Assembly: GCA_002716765.1 (NCBI GenBank)
Contig: PBBY01000007.1
Span: 1-55,214, forward strand
From: Candidatus Magasanikiibacteriota bacterium
Lineage (GTDB): Bacteria; Patescibacteriota; Patescibacteriia; Magasanikbacterales; UBA922
DNA: 55,214 nucleotides
Direction of reading: 5' to 3'
The notes under the pieces are model-generated. The model worked only from the letters and a program-made list of their open reading frames with translations. It was not told where the DNA came from and ran no database searches. Positions 9,746-18,602 of this stretch are shown in pieces. Position 1 is the stretch's first letter. Every line of letters begins with the position of its first letter. The translations under genes were made by a program, and so were the position numbers.

Positions 9746-10690
9746 ATGACAAAACAACACATCTCTCATGAAAATATCGCTATTGCTAATCTTGGAGGCA
9801 TAGACCTTTCTCTTTCGGTAACCCATGTCGGAAATAGAAAAGCACAAAATAAGGTATTAATTATAAATAATTTGCACGGTAATGAGTTGACGGGTTTTTA
9901 TGTATTAGAAGAAGCGCTTCAAAGTATGCCAATAGTTGAAAATGGCTTACTTTCTATTATTTCTTCTGCAAATCCTTTGGGGCTTTTACATAAACAGCGC
10001 TTTATGCCAATAGATAATGTTGATCTTAATCGAGGTTACCCGCCACAAGCAAAAGAAAGGGGAATACAGGTGGTACTTAAGAACACACTTCTTGAAATAG
10101 GGTCTAAATATGATGTGATTATAGATCTTCACACATTTGTTCGCCCATCGCTGAGTGCTGCAATGGTTGTTTCGCAGGCAAGCGAGAAAAATACTGAACT
10201 AATAGACGATTTGTCAAAAACACTTGGTGTTGAAGTGGTATATAAAATGAATATTCATGGTTCGGAGGAAAAACGTGTAGCGAGCGCATTTGCTTTTCAG
10301 ATGATAGCACAGGGTAAGGCAGCCTGTGTAGTCGAGTATTCGCCAATTCAATATACATCTGGATCCGAGGTTACACAGTTTGCACAAGGGTTGGTGCGAG
10401 CACTAAGCAGGTGTGGACTATATGATTTACCAGAAGTTAGCCAGGTAAAAAAAGAAATACCAACGTTTGAAAGAAGGCAAATGATGAGTCGAAGTTCTGG
10501 CTTATTTCTTCCTAAAAAAGCATTAAAAGAGCAGGTAGATAAAGGAGAGGTTTTGGGGTATATTATTGATGTAAAAACATTAGAAAAAAAACCACTTATT
10601 TCTGAATATTCTGGAGTAGTTACGGAGATTGCGGCAAGAGAATTTTATGTTTTTGGTGAAAAGCTTGTAACGATAGGAGTAGAACAGTAA
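9746..10690 (+). CDS. Succinylglutamate desuccinylase/aspartoacylase-family predicted Zn deacylase
   Basis: NNLHGNELTG (His/Glu ligands) and IIDLHT motifs. Start moved to ATG 9746, downstream of the leader terminator. Confidence 0.65.
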   Translation: MTKQHISHENIAIANLGGIDLSLSVTHVGNRKAQNKVLIINNLHGNELTGFYVLEEALQSMPIVENGLLSIISSANPLGLLHKQRFMPIDNVDLNRGYPPQAKERGIQVVLKNTLLEIGSKYDVIIDLHTFVRPSLSAAMVVSQASEKNTELIDDLSKTLGVEVVYKMNIHGSEEKRVASAFAFQMIAQGKAACVVEYSPIQYTSGSEVTQFAQGLVRALSRCGLYDLPEVSQVKKEIPTFERRQMMSRSSGLFLPKKALKEQVDKGEVLGYIIDVKTLEKKPLISEYSGVVTEIAAREFYVFGEKLVTIGVEQ

Positions 10691-10805
10691 TGTTCTCTCC
10701 GCATAGATATGTATTTGAGATGAGTAGTTTTTTTCTCCTCTAATCATATCTGTGAGAGAGTATATTACAATGTAAAACCCGGACAAACACAAAGGAGGTG
10801 TTTTT

Positions 10806-12047
10806 ATGTCCAACATTCCTACCGAGAGTCGAGAGTCGGTAAAAATCGCGTTTGCAAGTAAATACACAGACGGTAATCAGCTTGGATTTGATACCTTGCC
10901 AAGTCCTATTGTACTACCTGATTCAAAACGTGAACTTATTATGACTGCAGGTCGTCGTGCTGCAAATGTATTGTTGAAAACAAACACCCTTTTTTCTGAA
11001 ATTCTAAGAGGTCGACACAAGGAATTGGCTTGGATGGAAGATTTATTTTTCGCAAGTATTTTACCAGAACATCGTAATCTTGCACGTGAATTGGCTGTTG
11101 CAACAGCCGGACTTGTTCCAAAGAATTTTCGTCTTGACTTATTCAGTGATGGGACTATCGCAGAAATCCAATGTCCTGGTTCAGGTTGGGGGTTTATTGC
11201 TGGTCTTGAGGATTACTATAACGTAAAATCTTCCACTGCTGTCAATTCATTTTCACAGTGGTTGGGAGGACAAACAGGTGTTTGGTGGTTATACAATGAG
11301 GGTATGGAGAGTAGTGTCACGCACCTTGCAAATAAGCTTGCATTAAGCGGCGTTAATCTTTTGGTGCAAAAAACACCAGAATTCGACCCAAACAGTACGC
11401 AGTGGCGGGTTGTCGTAAAGCGCCCACCATTACCGCAACTCTTAGAGAGCGAAAAAGGACGTACCCTGCTTTATCGTTGGCTTGATGGTCAAATTGACAT
11501 GGATCCTATTCCATCAATGATTCCGGAGACTAAATTTGCGATGGTGTTACTACATCATCCACAGACCAAGGATTTCTTTACTAGTGATGATCGATCTTTG
11601 TGTCATCCGACAACGTTGGTAACAGGTCTTGATCATCCTATCGGATCATATCGTATTGGAGATGCGTCAGGTCTTTCGCGGAGTCGTCGGCAGTTTGTGT
11701 TAAAGTATGGGGGTGCTCGAGCGTATGACCGTTTTGGGGGCCATTGTGTTTATGCACTAAATAAAATGAAGCGCCGACCAGATATCGCTCGTGTTGTTGC
11801 CCGCGCAGTAAATGAGTGGAATAAGGATCGCGAGGGGTGGGTTCTTCAACCTTTTGTTTCTTACAAATCAACACTCAAAGAGCTTGGTTTCGGCAGTGGT
11901 TCTGATAAAATGTATGTGTTATGGCGACCGGGCTTTCAGGTGCAAGATAATGGAGAGGTTGCCCATGTTGGCACAATAGTAAATCTGCGCAAGTCGTGGA
12001 AGGTTCACGGAGCCTCCGACACCTGTTTTGGTTTGTGTGTTCTGTAG
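10806..12047 (+). CDS. Divergent glutathionylspermidine-synthase/YgiC-like (pre-ATP-grasp) amidoligase candidate
   Basis: FRLDLFSDGTIAEIQ resembles SRLDLAWDGTGEPKLLENN of E. coli YgiC. FVLKYGGARAYDRFGG and GWVLQPFV follow in the same order. Strong SD AAAGGAGG. Confidence 0.4.
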   Translation: MSNIPTESRESVKIAFASKYTDGNQLGFDTLPSPIVLPDSKRELIMTAGRRAANVLLKTNTLFSEILRGRHKELAWMEDLFFASILPEHRNLARELAVATAGLVPKNFRLDLFSDGTIAEIQCPGSGWGFIAGLEDYYNVKSSTAVNSFSQWLGGQTGVWWLYNEGMESSVTHLANKLALSGVNLLVQKTPEFDPNSTQWRVVVKRPPLPQLLESEKGRTLLYRWLDGQIDMDPIPSMIPETKFAMVLLHHPQTKDFFTSDDRSLCHPTTLVTGLDHPIGSYRIGDASGLSRSRRQFVLKYGGARAYDRFGGHCVYALNKMKRRPDIARVVARAVNEWNKDREGWVLQPFVSYKSTLKELGFGSGSDKMYVLWRPGFQVQDNGEVAHVGTIVNLRKSWKVHGASDTCFGLCVL

Positions 12048-12058
12048 GATAGTTAAGC

Positions 12059-12081
12059 TAAACTAAACTAAACTAAACTAA
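12059..12081. repeat. Pentanucleotide microsatellite (TAAAC)x4 + TAA
   Basis: Perfect tandem repeats 12 nt after the stop codon at 12045-12047. Confidence 0.9.
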
Positions 12082-12113
12082 GAACCTCCTCAATCTTTTT
12101 TGTTCTTTATTTT

Positions 12114-12141
12114 GCCTAAGTTGTATCAGCTTAGGCTTTTA
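12114..12141 (+). terminator. Intrinsic terminator
   Basis: GCCTAAG-N9-CTTAGGC followed by TTTTATT. Confidence 0.6.
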
Positions 12142-12170
12142 TTATTGTACTTTTTTATAAACAGAAGTAT

Positions 12171-12199
12171 TTGGATTCCTATGATAAATTTGGTATGAT
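12171..12199 (+). promoter_or_regulatory. Promoter TTGGAT-17-TATGAT; ATG 9-10 nt after -10 (near-leaderless)
   Basis: -35 at 12171-12176, -10 at 12194-12199, start at 12209. Confidence 0.4.
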
Positions 12200-12208
12200 T
12201 ATGATACT

Positions 12209-14293
12209 ATGATACATTTTGAAAACGAACTTAATGCTGAACAAGTCGCCATTGTAAAAAATGCCAGCGGACCATGCCTTGTTTTGGCTGGGGCTGGGTC
12301 TGGAAAAACACGAACTATTTGTTATCGCGTGGCGTATTTACTGGAACAAGGTGTGGCACCAAAAGAAATGCTTTTGGTAACATTTACCAATAAAGCGGCA
12401 AAAGAAATGACAGAAAGAATTCAACAGATGACACAAGGAGAAATTCGTTTGCCGTGGTCTGGAACGTTTCACAGTATTGCGTGTAAAATATTAAAACAAT
12501 ATGCACCTCTTCTTGGGTATTCAAATGCATTTACTATTTTAGACAGTGGAGATAGTGTAGATTTAATAAAACAGTGTATAAAATTAGAAGGGGTCGACAC
12601 AAAACAACGAAGATTTCCTTCGGCTCGTGTTGTGCTTTCACTTATTTCTTTTGCAAAAAATGCACAAAAAACAATAGAAGAAGTGTTAGACGACAAGTAT
12701 CCAAAATGGCTTGATTTTACCGACACTATTTTGCGGATTGCACAAGAATATGAAAAAAGAAAACGACTGGCAAATGCAATGGACTTTGATGATTTGCTTA
12801 CCAATATGTTGGCACTTCTAGTTTCTTCACCTTCGGTAAAAGAGCGATTTGCACATCAATTTACCCATGTCATGGTTGATGAGTATCAAGACACAAACAG
12901 GGTTCAAGCAGCTATTATTTCGTTACTTTCTTCTCGGCATAATAACCTACTTGTGGTAGGGGATGATGCTCAGAGTATTTACTCTTTTCGTGCCGCCAAT
13001 ATTGCTAATATTTTAGATTTTGAAAAGACGTATAATACTGCACAAATATTTAAACTAGAAACAAATTATCGCTCGACGCCAAATATTTTGGATGTGGCAA
13101 ATTGTGTTATTACAAAAAACACAGAACAATACGAAAAAACTTTGGCAAGTATGCAGCCACATTGTAGCAAACCAGAACTTCATGCATTTGCCGACACAAA
13201 AGAAGAGGCAGAATTTATTACAGAAACTATCGCAACATTGCATAATGAAGGTGTTCCTTTATCGCAGATCGCTGTATTGTTTCGCGCTGCATTTCATTCA
13301 CAAGCTTTGGAAGTTGAATTAGTAAAAAGAAATATTCCATATGAATACAGAGGTGGTGTACGATTTTTTGAACGAGCACATATAAAAGACACGTTGGCAT
13401 TTTTGCGAATTATACATAACCCAAAAGATGAGATTGCGTGGAATAGAGTGCTTACTATGCAAACTGGTATTGGTCCGGCAAGTGCACAAAAAATTATTCA
13501 TGCAATCAAAAATAGTGAAGAAGATATTTCTTTAGAAACGCTTCAAGAGTGTGGATCATTACTTTCTGTAAAAGCAAAAATTGGATGGCATGATTTTATG
13601 AATATGTGGCAAAGTGTATGTAATGCAAAACAAGAGCCGGCACATATGATTGATGCATTGCTTGAATCAAAATATGCAGAATATATAGAAGGTGAGTATG
13701 TAGATTACAGAGAGCGTTTGCAGGACATAGAACAACTTGCTACTTTTGCAAGTGCAAATGATGATCTTCATACATTTTTAACAGAAGTAACATTACAAGA
13801 AAATTTTACCATTGCACAGGCACAAAAACAACAGCAAAATAATACGGAAGAAAAAATAGTTTTATCCACCATTCATCAGGCAAAAGGATTGGAATGGCAT
13901 ACTGTTTTTGTTATGCACATGAGTCAAGGACAATTCCCAAATGAACGCGCAATGGGAGAAAGAAATGGGATAGAAGAAGAACGGCGACTATTTTACGTGG
14001 CAATTACACGAGCAAAAAAACAATTATTTTTCTCTTACCCTATTACCTCGCAAAGACATATGGTTATGAATGGGCCAAGTATGTTTTTAGAAGAAATTGA
14101 TAAACGCCTGATCGAAGAATTCCATTTTGGTGGATCAACGGTATTTTTTGGTAATGAGAACGATCAAAAATCTCTTCTTTCTTTTACTGATCCAGGTGAT
14201 GACATTGATAATATAGAATATATTCCAGAAGATGAGCCGGTGTGGTCAAGGAAAGGAAAAACAAATTTTTTGGGTGATATTAATGACTTTTAG
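12209..14293 (+). CDS. UvrD/PcrA/Rep-family ATP-dependent DNA helicase
   Basis: Walker A AGAGSGKTRT; VMVDEYQDTN; TIHQAKGLEW; YVAITRAK. Confidence 0.9.
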   Translation: MIHFENELNAEQVAIVKNASGPCLVLAGAGSGKTRTICYRVAYLLEQGVAPKEMLLVTFTNKAAKEMTERIQQMTQGEIRLPWSGTFHSIACKILKQYAPLLGYSNAFTILDSGDSVDLIKQCIKLEGVDTKQRRFPSARVVLSLISFAKNAQKTIEEVLDDKYPKWLDFTDTILRIAQEYEKRKRLANAMDFDDLLTNMLALLVSSPSVKERFAHQFTHVMVDEYQDTNRVQAAIISLLSSRHNNLLVVGDDAQSIYSFRAANIANILDFEKTYNTAQIFKLETNYRSTPNILDVANCVITKNTEQYEKTLASMQPHCSKPELHAFADTKEEAEFITETIATLHNEGVPLSQIAVLFRAAFHSQALEVELVKRNIPYEYRGGVRFFERAHIKDTLAFLRIIHNPKDEIAWNRVLTMQTGIGPASAQKIIHAIKNSEEDISLETLQECGSLLSVKAKIGWHDFMNMWQSVCNAKQEPAHMIDALLESKYAEYIEGEYVDYRERLQDIEQLATFASANDDLHTFLTEVTLQENFTIAQAQKQQQNNTEEKIVLSTIHQAKGLEWHTVFVMHMSQGQFPNERAMGERNGIEEERRLFYVAITRAKKQLFFSYPITSQRHMVMNGPSMFLEEIDKRLIEEFHFGGSTVFFGNENDQKSLLSFTDPGDDIDNIEYIPEDEPVWSRKGKTNFLGDINDF

Positions 14294-14343
14294 TTCGTGT
14301 TGGATACACAAATTACTCAAAGTAAAAAAGTGTGTTGAGTTAG

Positions 14344-14372
14344 TTGACTTTTTTGTATATTTTCCGTATACT
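14344..14372 (+). promoter_or_regulatory. Promoter TTGACT-17-TATACT
   Basis: -35 at 14344-14349, -10 at 14367-14372. Confidence 0.5.
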
Positions 14373-14401
14373 TAGGCAATATATTTTTAACATATTCTAT
14401 T

Positions 14402-14998
14402 ATGGCAAAAAAAGAGCGATCATATGTAATGATAAAACCAGATGGCGTACAACGTTCACTAATTGGCGACATTATTCGTCGTTTTGAGAATACAGGACTC
14501 AAAATTACGGCACTAAAAATGGTAATACCAAAAGAGGAGCAGTGCTGGGAACATTACAAAAAAGATGATGTGTGGTTTAACGAGAAAGGAGCTCTTATTG
14601 TAAAAGACAGAGAAGCAGCAGGTCTTGCTATAGAAAAAGAAGCGATTGAATATGGAAAAGACATTATTCGCCAACTTGCAACATTTATGACTTCGGGTCC
14701 TGTTGTTGCAATGATATTGGAAGGAAATCAAGCGGTAGCAATTGTAAAAAAACTAGTTGGTGGAACAGAACCGCTAACATCGGATGTTGGAACAATTCGC
14801 GGAGATTACACGCTAGACTCTTATGCACTTGCTGGGGTTGACAGTAGGGCAGTAAGAAATTTAATTCATTGTTCAGATAAGCCGGAAGAAGCAGAAAGAG
14901 AAATAAAAATTTGGATGACAGAAGAGGAGATTTTACAGTATCGTCTTGTTTCCGAAGAAATTTTATACGATGTAAACCTCGATGGTATATTGGAATAA
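14402..14998 (+). CDS. ndk: Nucleoside diphosphate kinase (long form with internal insertion)
   Basis: ERSYVMIKPDGVQRSLIGDIIRRFE and NLIHCSD active-site region. 198 aa, against roughly 140-150 for typical Ndk. Confidence 0.85.
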   Translation: MAKKERSYVMIKPDGVQRSLIGDIIRRFENTGLKITALKMVIPKEEQCWEHYKKDDVWFNEKGALIVKDREAAGLAIEKEAIEYGKDIIRQLATFMTSGPVVAMILEGNQAVAIVKKLVGGTEPLTSDVGTIRGDYTLDSYALAGVDSRAVRNLIHCSDKPEEAEREIKIWMTEEEILQYRLVSEEILYDVNLDGILE

Positions 14999-15016
14999 TA
15001 GAAAGTATTATAGCAT

Positions 15017-15044
15017 AAAAACCGCAAAAATGATGCGGTTTTTA
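15017..15044 (+). terminator. Intrinsic terminator after ndk
   Basis: AAAACCGCA-N7-TGCGGTTTTT. Confidence 0.65.
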
Positions 15045-15054
15045 TAATGTAAAC

Positions 15055-15083
15055 TTGACAATAGTCTTATTATCGGATATTAT
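15055..15083 (+). promoter_or_regulatory. Promoter TTGACA-17-TATTAT
   Basis: -35 at 15055-15060, -10 at 15078-15083. Confidence 0.5.
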
Positions 15084-15128
15084 AAGTAATACGCTTGACC
15101 CATTTTATGCTAGGTTAAGGTATTCGTT

Positions 15129-15148
15129 ACGACTTTTGTCGTTTTTTT
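15129..15148 (+). promoter_or_regulatory. Short hairpin plus T7 run in the 5' leader of the 15177 orphan (attenuator-like)
   Basis: ACGAC-tttt-GTCGT followed by TTTTTTTG. Confidence 0.3.
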
Positions 15149-15176
15149 GTTCTTTTTATTCACTGAAAGGGAAAAC

Positions 15177-16172
15177 ATGGAAGATGGTTTAAAACCAGTA
15201 TCTTCTGATACCACAGGGATAATTTCTCTGTATAAAGAAACAATGCAAGAAGAGAGGTGTAATAAGGTAGCTTTTCTTACTGAATGGATTGAGTTTGCTA
15301 CTAAGCACTCTTGTGTGCACTATGCAGACTACCAGACATTATATGGCTATGCGTATAGCACTATTCAAACTGAACTATCCAACCAAGAACAGGTAGAGGT
15401 TACACAAAATCTTGTTGACAGGATGAAGCAGGATCGTTTCATGAACAATATTGTATCCATGCCACATCTTATGACATGTCCACAAAAAACTTTGTTAGAA
15501 GCAATTCATCAGACTGTTGCCACAAAGGAAATTTGGGAGATAGGGCTCTCAATCTATGAGAAGCAGGATGTTGAAGAAAGAGAAAGAGAGTTCCAGAATC
15601 ATTATTTAGGAGTTTCTCTAGCAGTTTTCTTGAAGGCACTGCAAGGTAAGCACGAGATTAAAAATGTTCGCGTGGTGACAATTGTTGATTATGTTTTTCT
15701 AGCTATCCTTAAGAAGCGGTATTCGCTTATTAAGAGTCTGCCTTCATCAGGTCTTATTGCTAAAATTCCATTTGAGAAAAGCTTTTTTTCCTCTTTAGGT
15801 TGTTTCTTAAATAAGGAATTTACAGAGCTTCCTGCTGAACTTTTGGAAAAATTTTCTGTCATGATTTGTGCCTGGTTTCCTAGCGTTAGAGATTTTAATC
15901 AAATGCGAGGTAGTGTGCGTAGTCTCGCAGGGATCTTGTTTAGGAATAATGGCCCTGATATTTTGTTGGACGGGAGATTGTTAGAGTTTATCTTAGAAGC
16001 CTTAGATGATGAAAGGGTTTTTGTAGTTGAAGATGGTAAGTCGTGTTTAATAGAATTTCTGTGTCTGTATCTAAAGTTTTGTCTTGAAAACAAAAAAACA
16101 CTAACTAATCATGAGTTTGCTTCGTGGGTGATTGCACTCTGTGAGCGCTGCTCTTCTCAGTTTAGAGTTTGA
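15177..16172 (+). CDS. Orphan, apparently all-helical protein, no recognisable domain
   Basis: Long ORF; start set at ATG 15177 after a weak AAAGGGA SD. Confidence 0.6.
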   Translation: MEDGLKPVSSDTTGIISLYKETMQEERCNKVAFLTEWIEFATKHSCVHYADYQTLYGYAYSTIQTELSNQEQVEVTQNLVDRMKQDRFMNNIVSMPHLMTCPQKTLLEAIHQTVATKEIWEIGLSIYEKQDVEEREREFQNHYLGVSLAVFLKALQGKHEIKNVRVVTIVDYVFLAILKKRYSLIKSLPSSGLIAKIPFEKSFFSSLGCFLNKEFTELPAELLEKFSVMICAWFPSVRDFNQMRGSVRSLAGILFRNNGPDILLDGRLLEFILEALDDERVFVVEDGKSCLIEFLCLYLKFCLENKKTLTNHEFASWVIALCERCSSQFRV

Positions 16173-16413
16173 AAGAGGTCCTTTCTGTGGTATACTACAA
16201 CAGATCTCAGTATGTAGAATAATCATATTCTACAACAATGCCTTTTTGGGAAGTCAATATCGTTTTAGTCCGTGGGCTAAAATTGAGACATCCCACGTAA
16301 TTACAAGGGATATTGATTACGTGCATATTGAGATCTTTATAACAACTAATTATTATATTGGTTGTTTTTTTATTTATTTTTTTATGCTATACTATTGCTA
16401 TTATTTTTACAAT

Positions 16414-17298
16414 ATGAATAGAAAATCTAAAAGAATTCTTGTTTATGGAATAGTACTTCTTTGTGTTTTTGGAATGGTTGTTGTGTACAAAAAGAATAGT
16501 ACATTGCCACTTGTTATCCTTAATGCTGTCCGGTTTTATTTTGCGGGAAATCCAACAGAAGACGTGGGGTATGCTCCGGTAAGTAGTAAGGATTTTACCG
16601 TTTCAGTTCTTGCGTCAGGGCTTACTGCACCAACTCGAATAGCACTAACTCCAGATGGTGAATACATGATAGTGACTCAGTTAACCGGAGAAGTATTTGT
16701 GTTTTCTCGCAAGAACGGTGTGTGGAATAATAAGTCACGACTTGCTGGAAAAATTGATACATCAGTTTTAGGTTTTCCTCCAGAGGAGTTAGGTTTAGTA
16801 GGGGCAGTTTTTTCTAGTGATTATGCCGATACCGGAAATATATTTTTCTTATATACGTATAAAAATAGTGAAGGTGAAATAGAGAATCGTGTTAGTGTTG
16901 TCTCTCTAAAAGAGCGTTTTGGTACGCTGGTGTTTAGTGCAGATCCAGAAGTCATATTTACGGCAAATGTTCCAGGTAATTTTTCTCATCAAATTACCGA
17001 TGGTATTGGTGTTAGTATTGAAGGAAAATCACACCTCTTGTTTTTAATCGGTGAAGGTTTTGATGCAAAACGCGCCCAAGATCTTACCTTAGAAGGAGGA
17101 AAGGTGATGGTAATTCAAGCAGATGGCTCTAATCCTTTAGGAGTACGACCGTATCCAAGTTTCCCAAAATTACAGGCTGTTGGTATACGAAATGCATATA
17201 CACTTGCGCAAAATCAATATGATGCAAGAAAAAGAGTGTTAATAGGAGATACTGGTCCAGATATACATGATAGAATTATATATGCACCGTTTTTTTAG
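16414..17298 (+). CDS. PQQ-dependent sugar (glucose/sorbosone) dehydrogenase-like beta-propeller, N-terminal portion
   Basis: N-terminal TM/signal anchor (ILVYGIVLLCVFGMVVV); LASGLTAPTRIALTPDG; AVGIRNAY; GDTGPD. Ends at a TAG right after a T7 run. Confidence 0.6.
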   Translation: MNRKSKRILVYGIVLLCVFGMVVVYKKNSTLPLVILNAVRFYFAGNPTEDVGYAPVSSKDFTVSVLASGLTAPTRIALTPDGEYMIVTQLTGEVFVFSRKNGVWNNKSRLAGKIDTSVLGFPPEELGLVGAVFSSDYADTGNIFFLYTYKNSEGEIENRVSVVSLKERFGTLVFSADPEVIFTANVPGNFSHQITDGIGVSIEGKSHLLFLIGEGFDAKRAQDLTLEGGKVMVIQADGSNPLGVRPYPSFPKLQAVGIRNAYTLAQNQYDARKRVLIGDTGPDIHDRIIYAPFF

Positions 17299-17306
17299 AA
17301 AATACT

Positions 17307-17744
17307 TTGTCAGATAAACAATTAAATTTGTCTTGGGATGGGAGCGCTGAGTCATTAAAAAGACCGGTTAAAGATCCTTTTGACGCAGCAATCAAAGATA
17401 TTGTTATTACTCGCTTACCGCAGACAGAAACATTTGTTGGTCTGGCGATGCATCCGGGTGGAGGAGTTATCCCACTTTCTAACGATAAGGAGCAATCTGT
17501 CTTAGCACTTGTTTTTGGAAAAACCGGATCAAAGAAAAATAGTCCAGGAAAAGCGCTTTGGTTTGGACAATTAAAGACAGTAGACGGTCAGCCAAAAGTA
17601 GATTTTACTCCAATAGTTATTCGGTCACCCGAGGTGGAAGGATTTATTGGAAATCCTGTTGGGCTCACCGTTGATCCAGAAAATGGCGACATATTTTTTG
17701 CCGATATTTTAGAAGGAAGAATATATAAAGTTTCAATACAATAA
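17307..17744 (+). CDS. C-terminal portion of the same dehydrogenase family, in a different frame
   Basis: NLSWDG and GNPVGLTVDPENGDIFFADILEGRIYKV continue the propeller. This frame is open from 17274. Confidence 0.5.
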   Translation: MSDKQLNLSWDGSAESLKRPVKDPFDAAIKDIVITRLPQTETFVGLAMHPGGGVIPLSNDKEQSVLALVFGKTGSKKNSPGKALWFGQLKTVDGQPKVDFTPIVIRSPEVEGFIGNPVGLTVDPENGDIFFADILEGRIYKVSIQ

Positions 17745-17782
17745 CACAACATATATTAATTTATTATTTATATAATACATAT

Positions 17783-18145
17783 ATGATAAAACATATTGGT
17801 TTGACTTTGGCTTTGTGTGTTATGGTTATGGGTGTGGGTTGTGATGGTGTAGAAACAGTATCCAAAGAAAGTGCTGCTCCTGAGGTGGCAAGTGGTGTAG
17901 TAATTACTATCGAGGATTTTTCTTTTTCTCCAGAGACTGTTACGGTTAGTCCAGGAGAAGTGGTGACGGTTGTGAACAGCGATATTGCTGGACACTCTGT
18001 AACAAGTGATTCTGTCGGTGCTTTTGATACTAACATAATTAGTTCAGGTAATACTGTTACGTTTACCGCACCACAAGAAGTTGGGGATCATGGGTATCAT
18101 TGCACTCCTCATCCAAACATGAAAGGAATTATTGTGGTAAAATAA
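17783..18145 (+). CDS. Amicyanin-like type-1 copper protein (cupredoxin), probable lipoprotein
   Basis: C-terminal HGYHCTPHPNMKGIIVVK matches the amicyanin copper loop YHCTPHPFM. Upstream His in IAGHSV. Signal peptide with lipobox-like MGVGC. Confidence 0.75.
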   Translation: MIKHIGLTLALCVMVMGVGCDGVETVSKESAAPEVASGVVITIEDFSFSPETVTVSPGEVVTVVNSDIAGHSVTSDSVGAFDTNIISSGNTVTFTAPQEVGDHGYHCTPHPNMKGIIVVK

Positions 18146-18244
18146 TCCACATATCATGAGAAAAAATGTAAGTAACACCTGTTTTTAAAAAATGGACATC
18201 TTGAATTATTACTATGTTTTGTGATAAGGTAGTGTGTAGTTTTA

Positions 18245-18589
18245 ATGAGATATTTTATGAGAGTGCCGTGTAAAGGGGTGTACAATGCAACACCAAGACA
18301 ATTAATGCGTAAATGTGGGTATGGTGAATTTTTGGATCCGAACACAAAAAAATATAGCTACGTTAGAAGAATGCGTCCCGGAAATTTTTACCCACGATTT
18401 CATGTGTACATAGAACAAAAAGAAGAATACTTCGTAGTAGACCTTCACTTGGATCAAAAAAAAGCAAGTTATGCAGGAACGGCAGCACATGCCGGAGAAT
18501 ATGATGGGCCAGTGGTAGAACAAGAATTAAAACGAATTTACGTGATAATACAAACCTGTTTACGTGAACCAAATAAAAAAACTCCGTAA
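18245..18589 (+). CDS. Small conserved-looking hypothetical protein
   Basis: ORF only; no recognised motif; start uncertain. Confidence 0.45.
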   Translation: MRYFMRVPCKGVYNATPRQLMRKCGYGEFLDPNTKKYSYVRRMRPGNFYPRFHVYIEQKEEYFVVDLHLDQKKASYAGTAAHAGEYDGPVVEQELKRIYVIIQTCLREPNKKTP

Positions 18590-18601
18590 TGGAGTTTTTT
18601 T
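18574..18601. terminator. Bidirectional terminator between convergent genes
   Basis: A7-ACTCC-gtaat-GGAGT-T7. Confidence 0.65.
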
Positions 18602-18602
18602 C

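Noticed and set aside
9481-9752. 66-aa plus-strand and 77-aa minus-strand ORFs in the 9.5-9.75 kb gap
   Set aside because: The sequences are not protein-like. The region is better explained as a structured leader. Only the leader-peptide possibility (ATG 9523) is kept, as an alternative within the leader finding.
12059-12081. Possible CRISPR or other repeat array
   Set aside because: These are 5-nt units with no spacers, and no cas genes are in the window. It is a simple microsatellite.
16132-16413. N-terminal extension of the dehydrogenase ORF (track start 16132)
   Set aside because: It overlaps the end of the preceding gene. It runs through hairpins, a terminator-like element and a TGcTATACT -10. 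The protein-like sequence, with a signal anchor, begins at ATG 16414.
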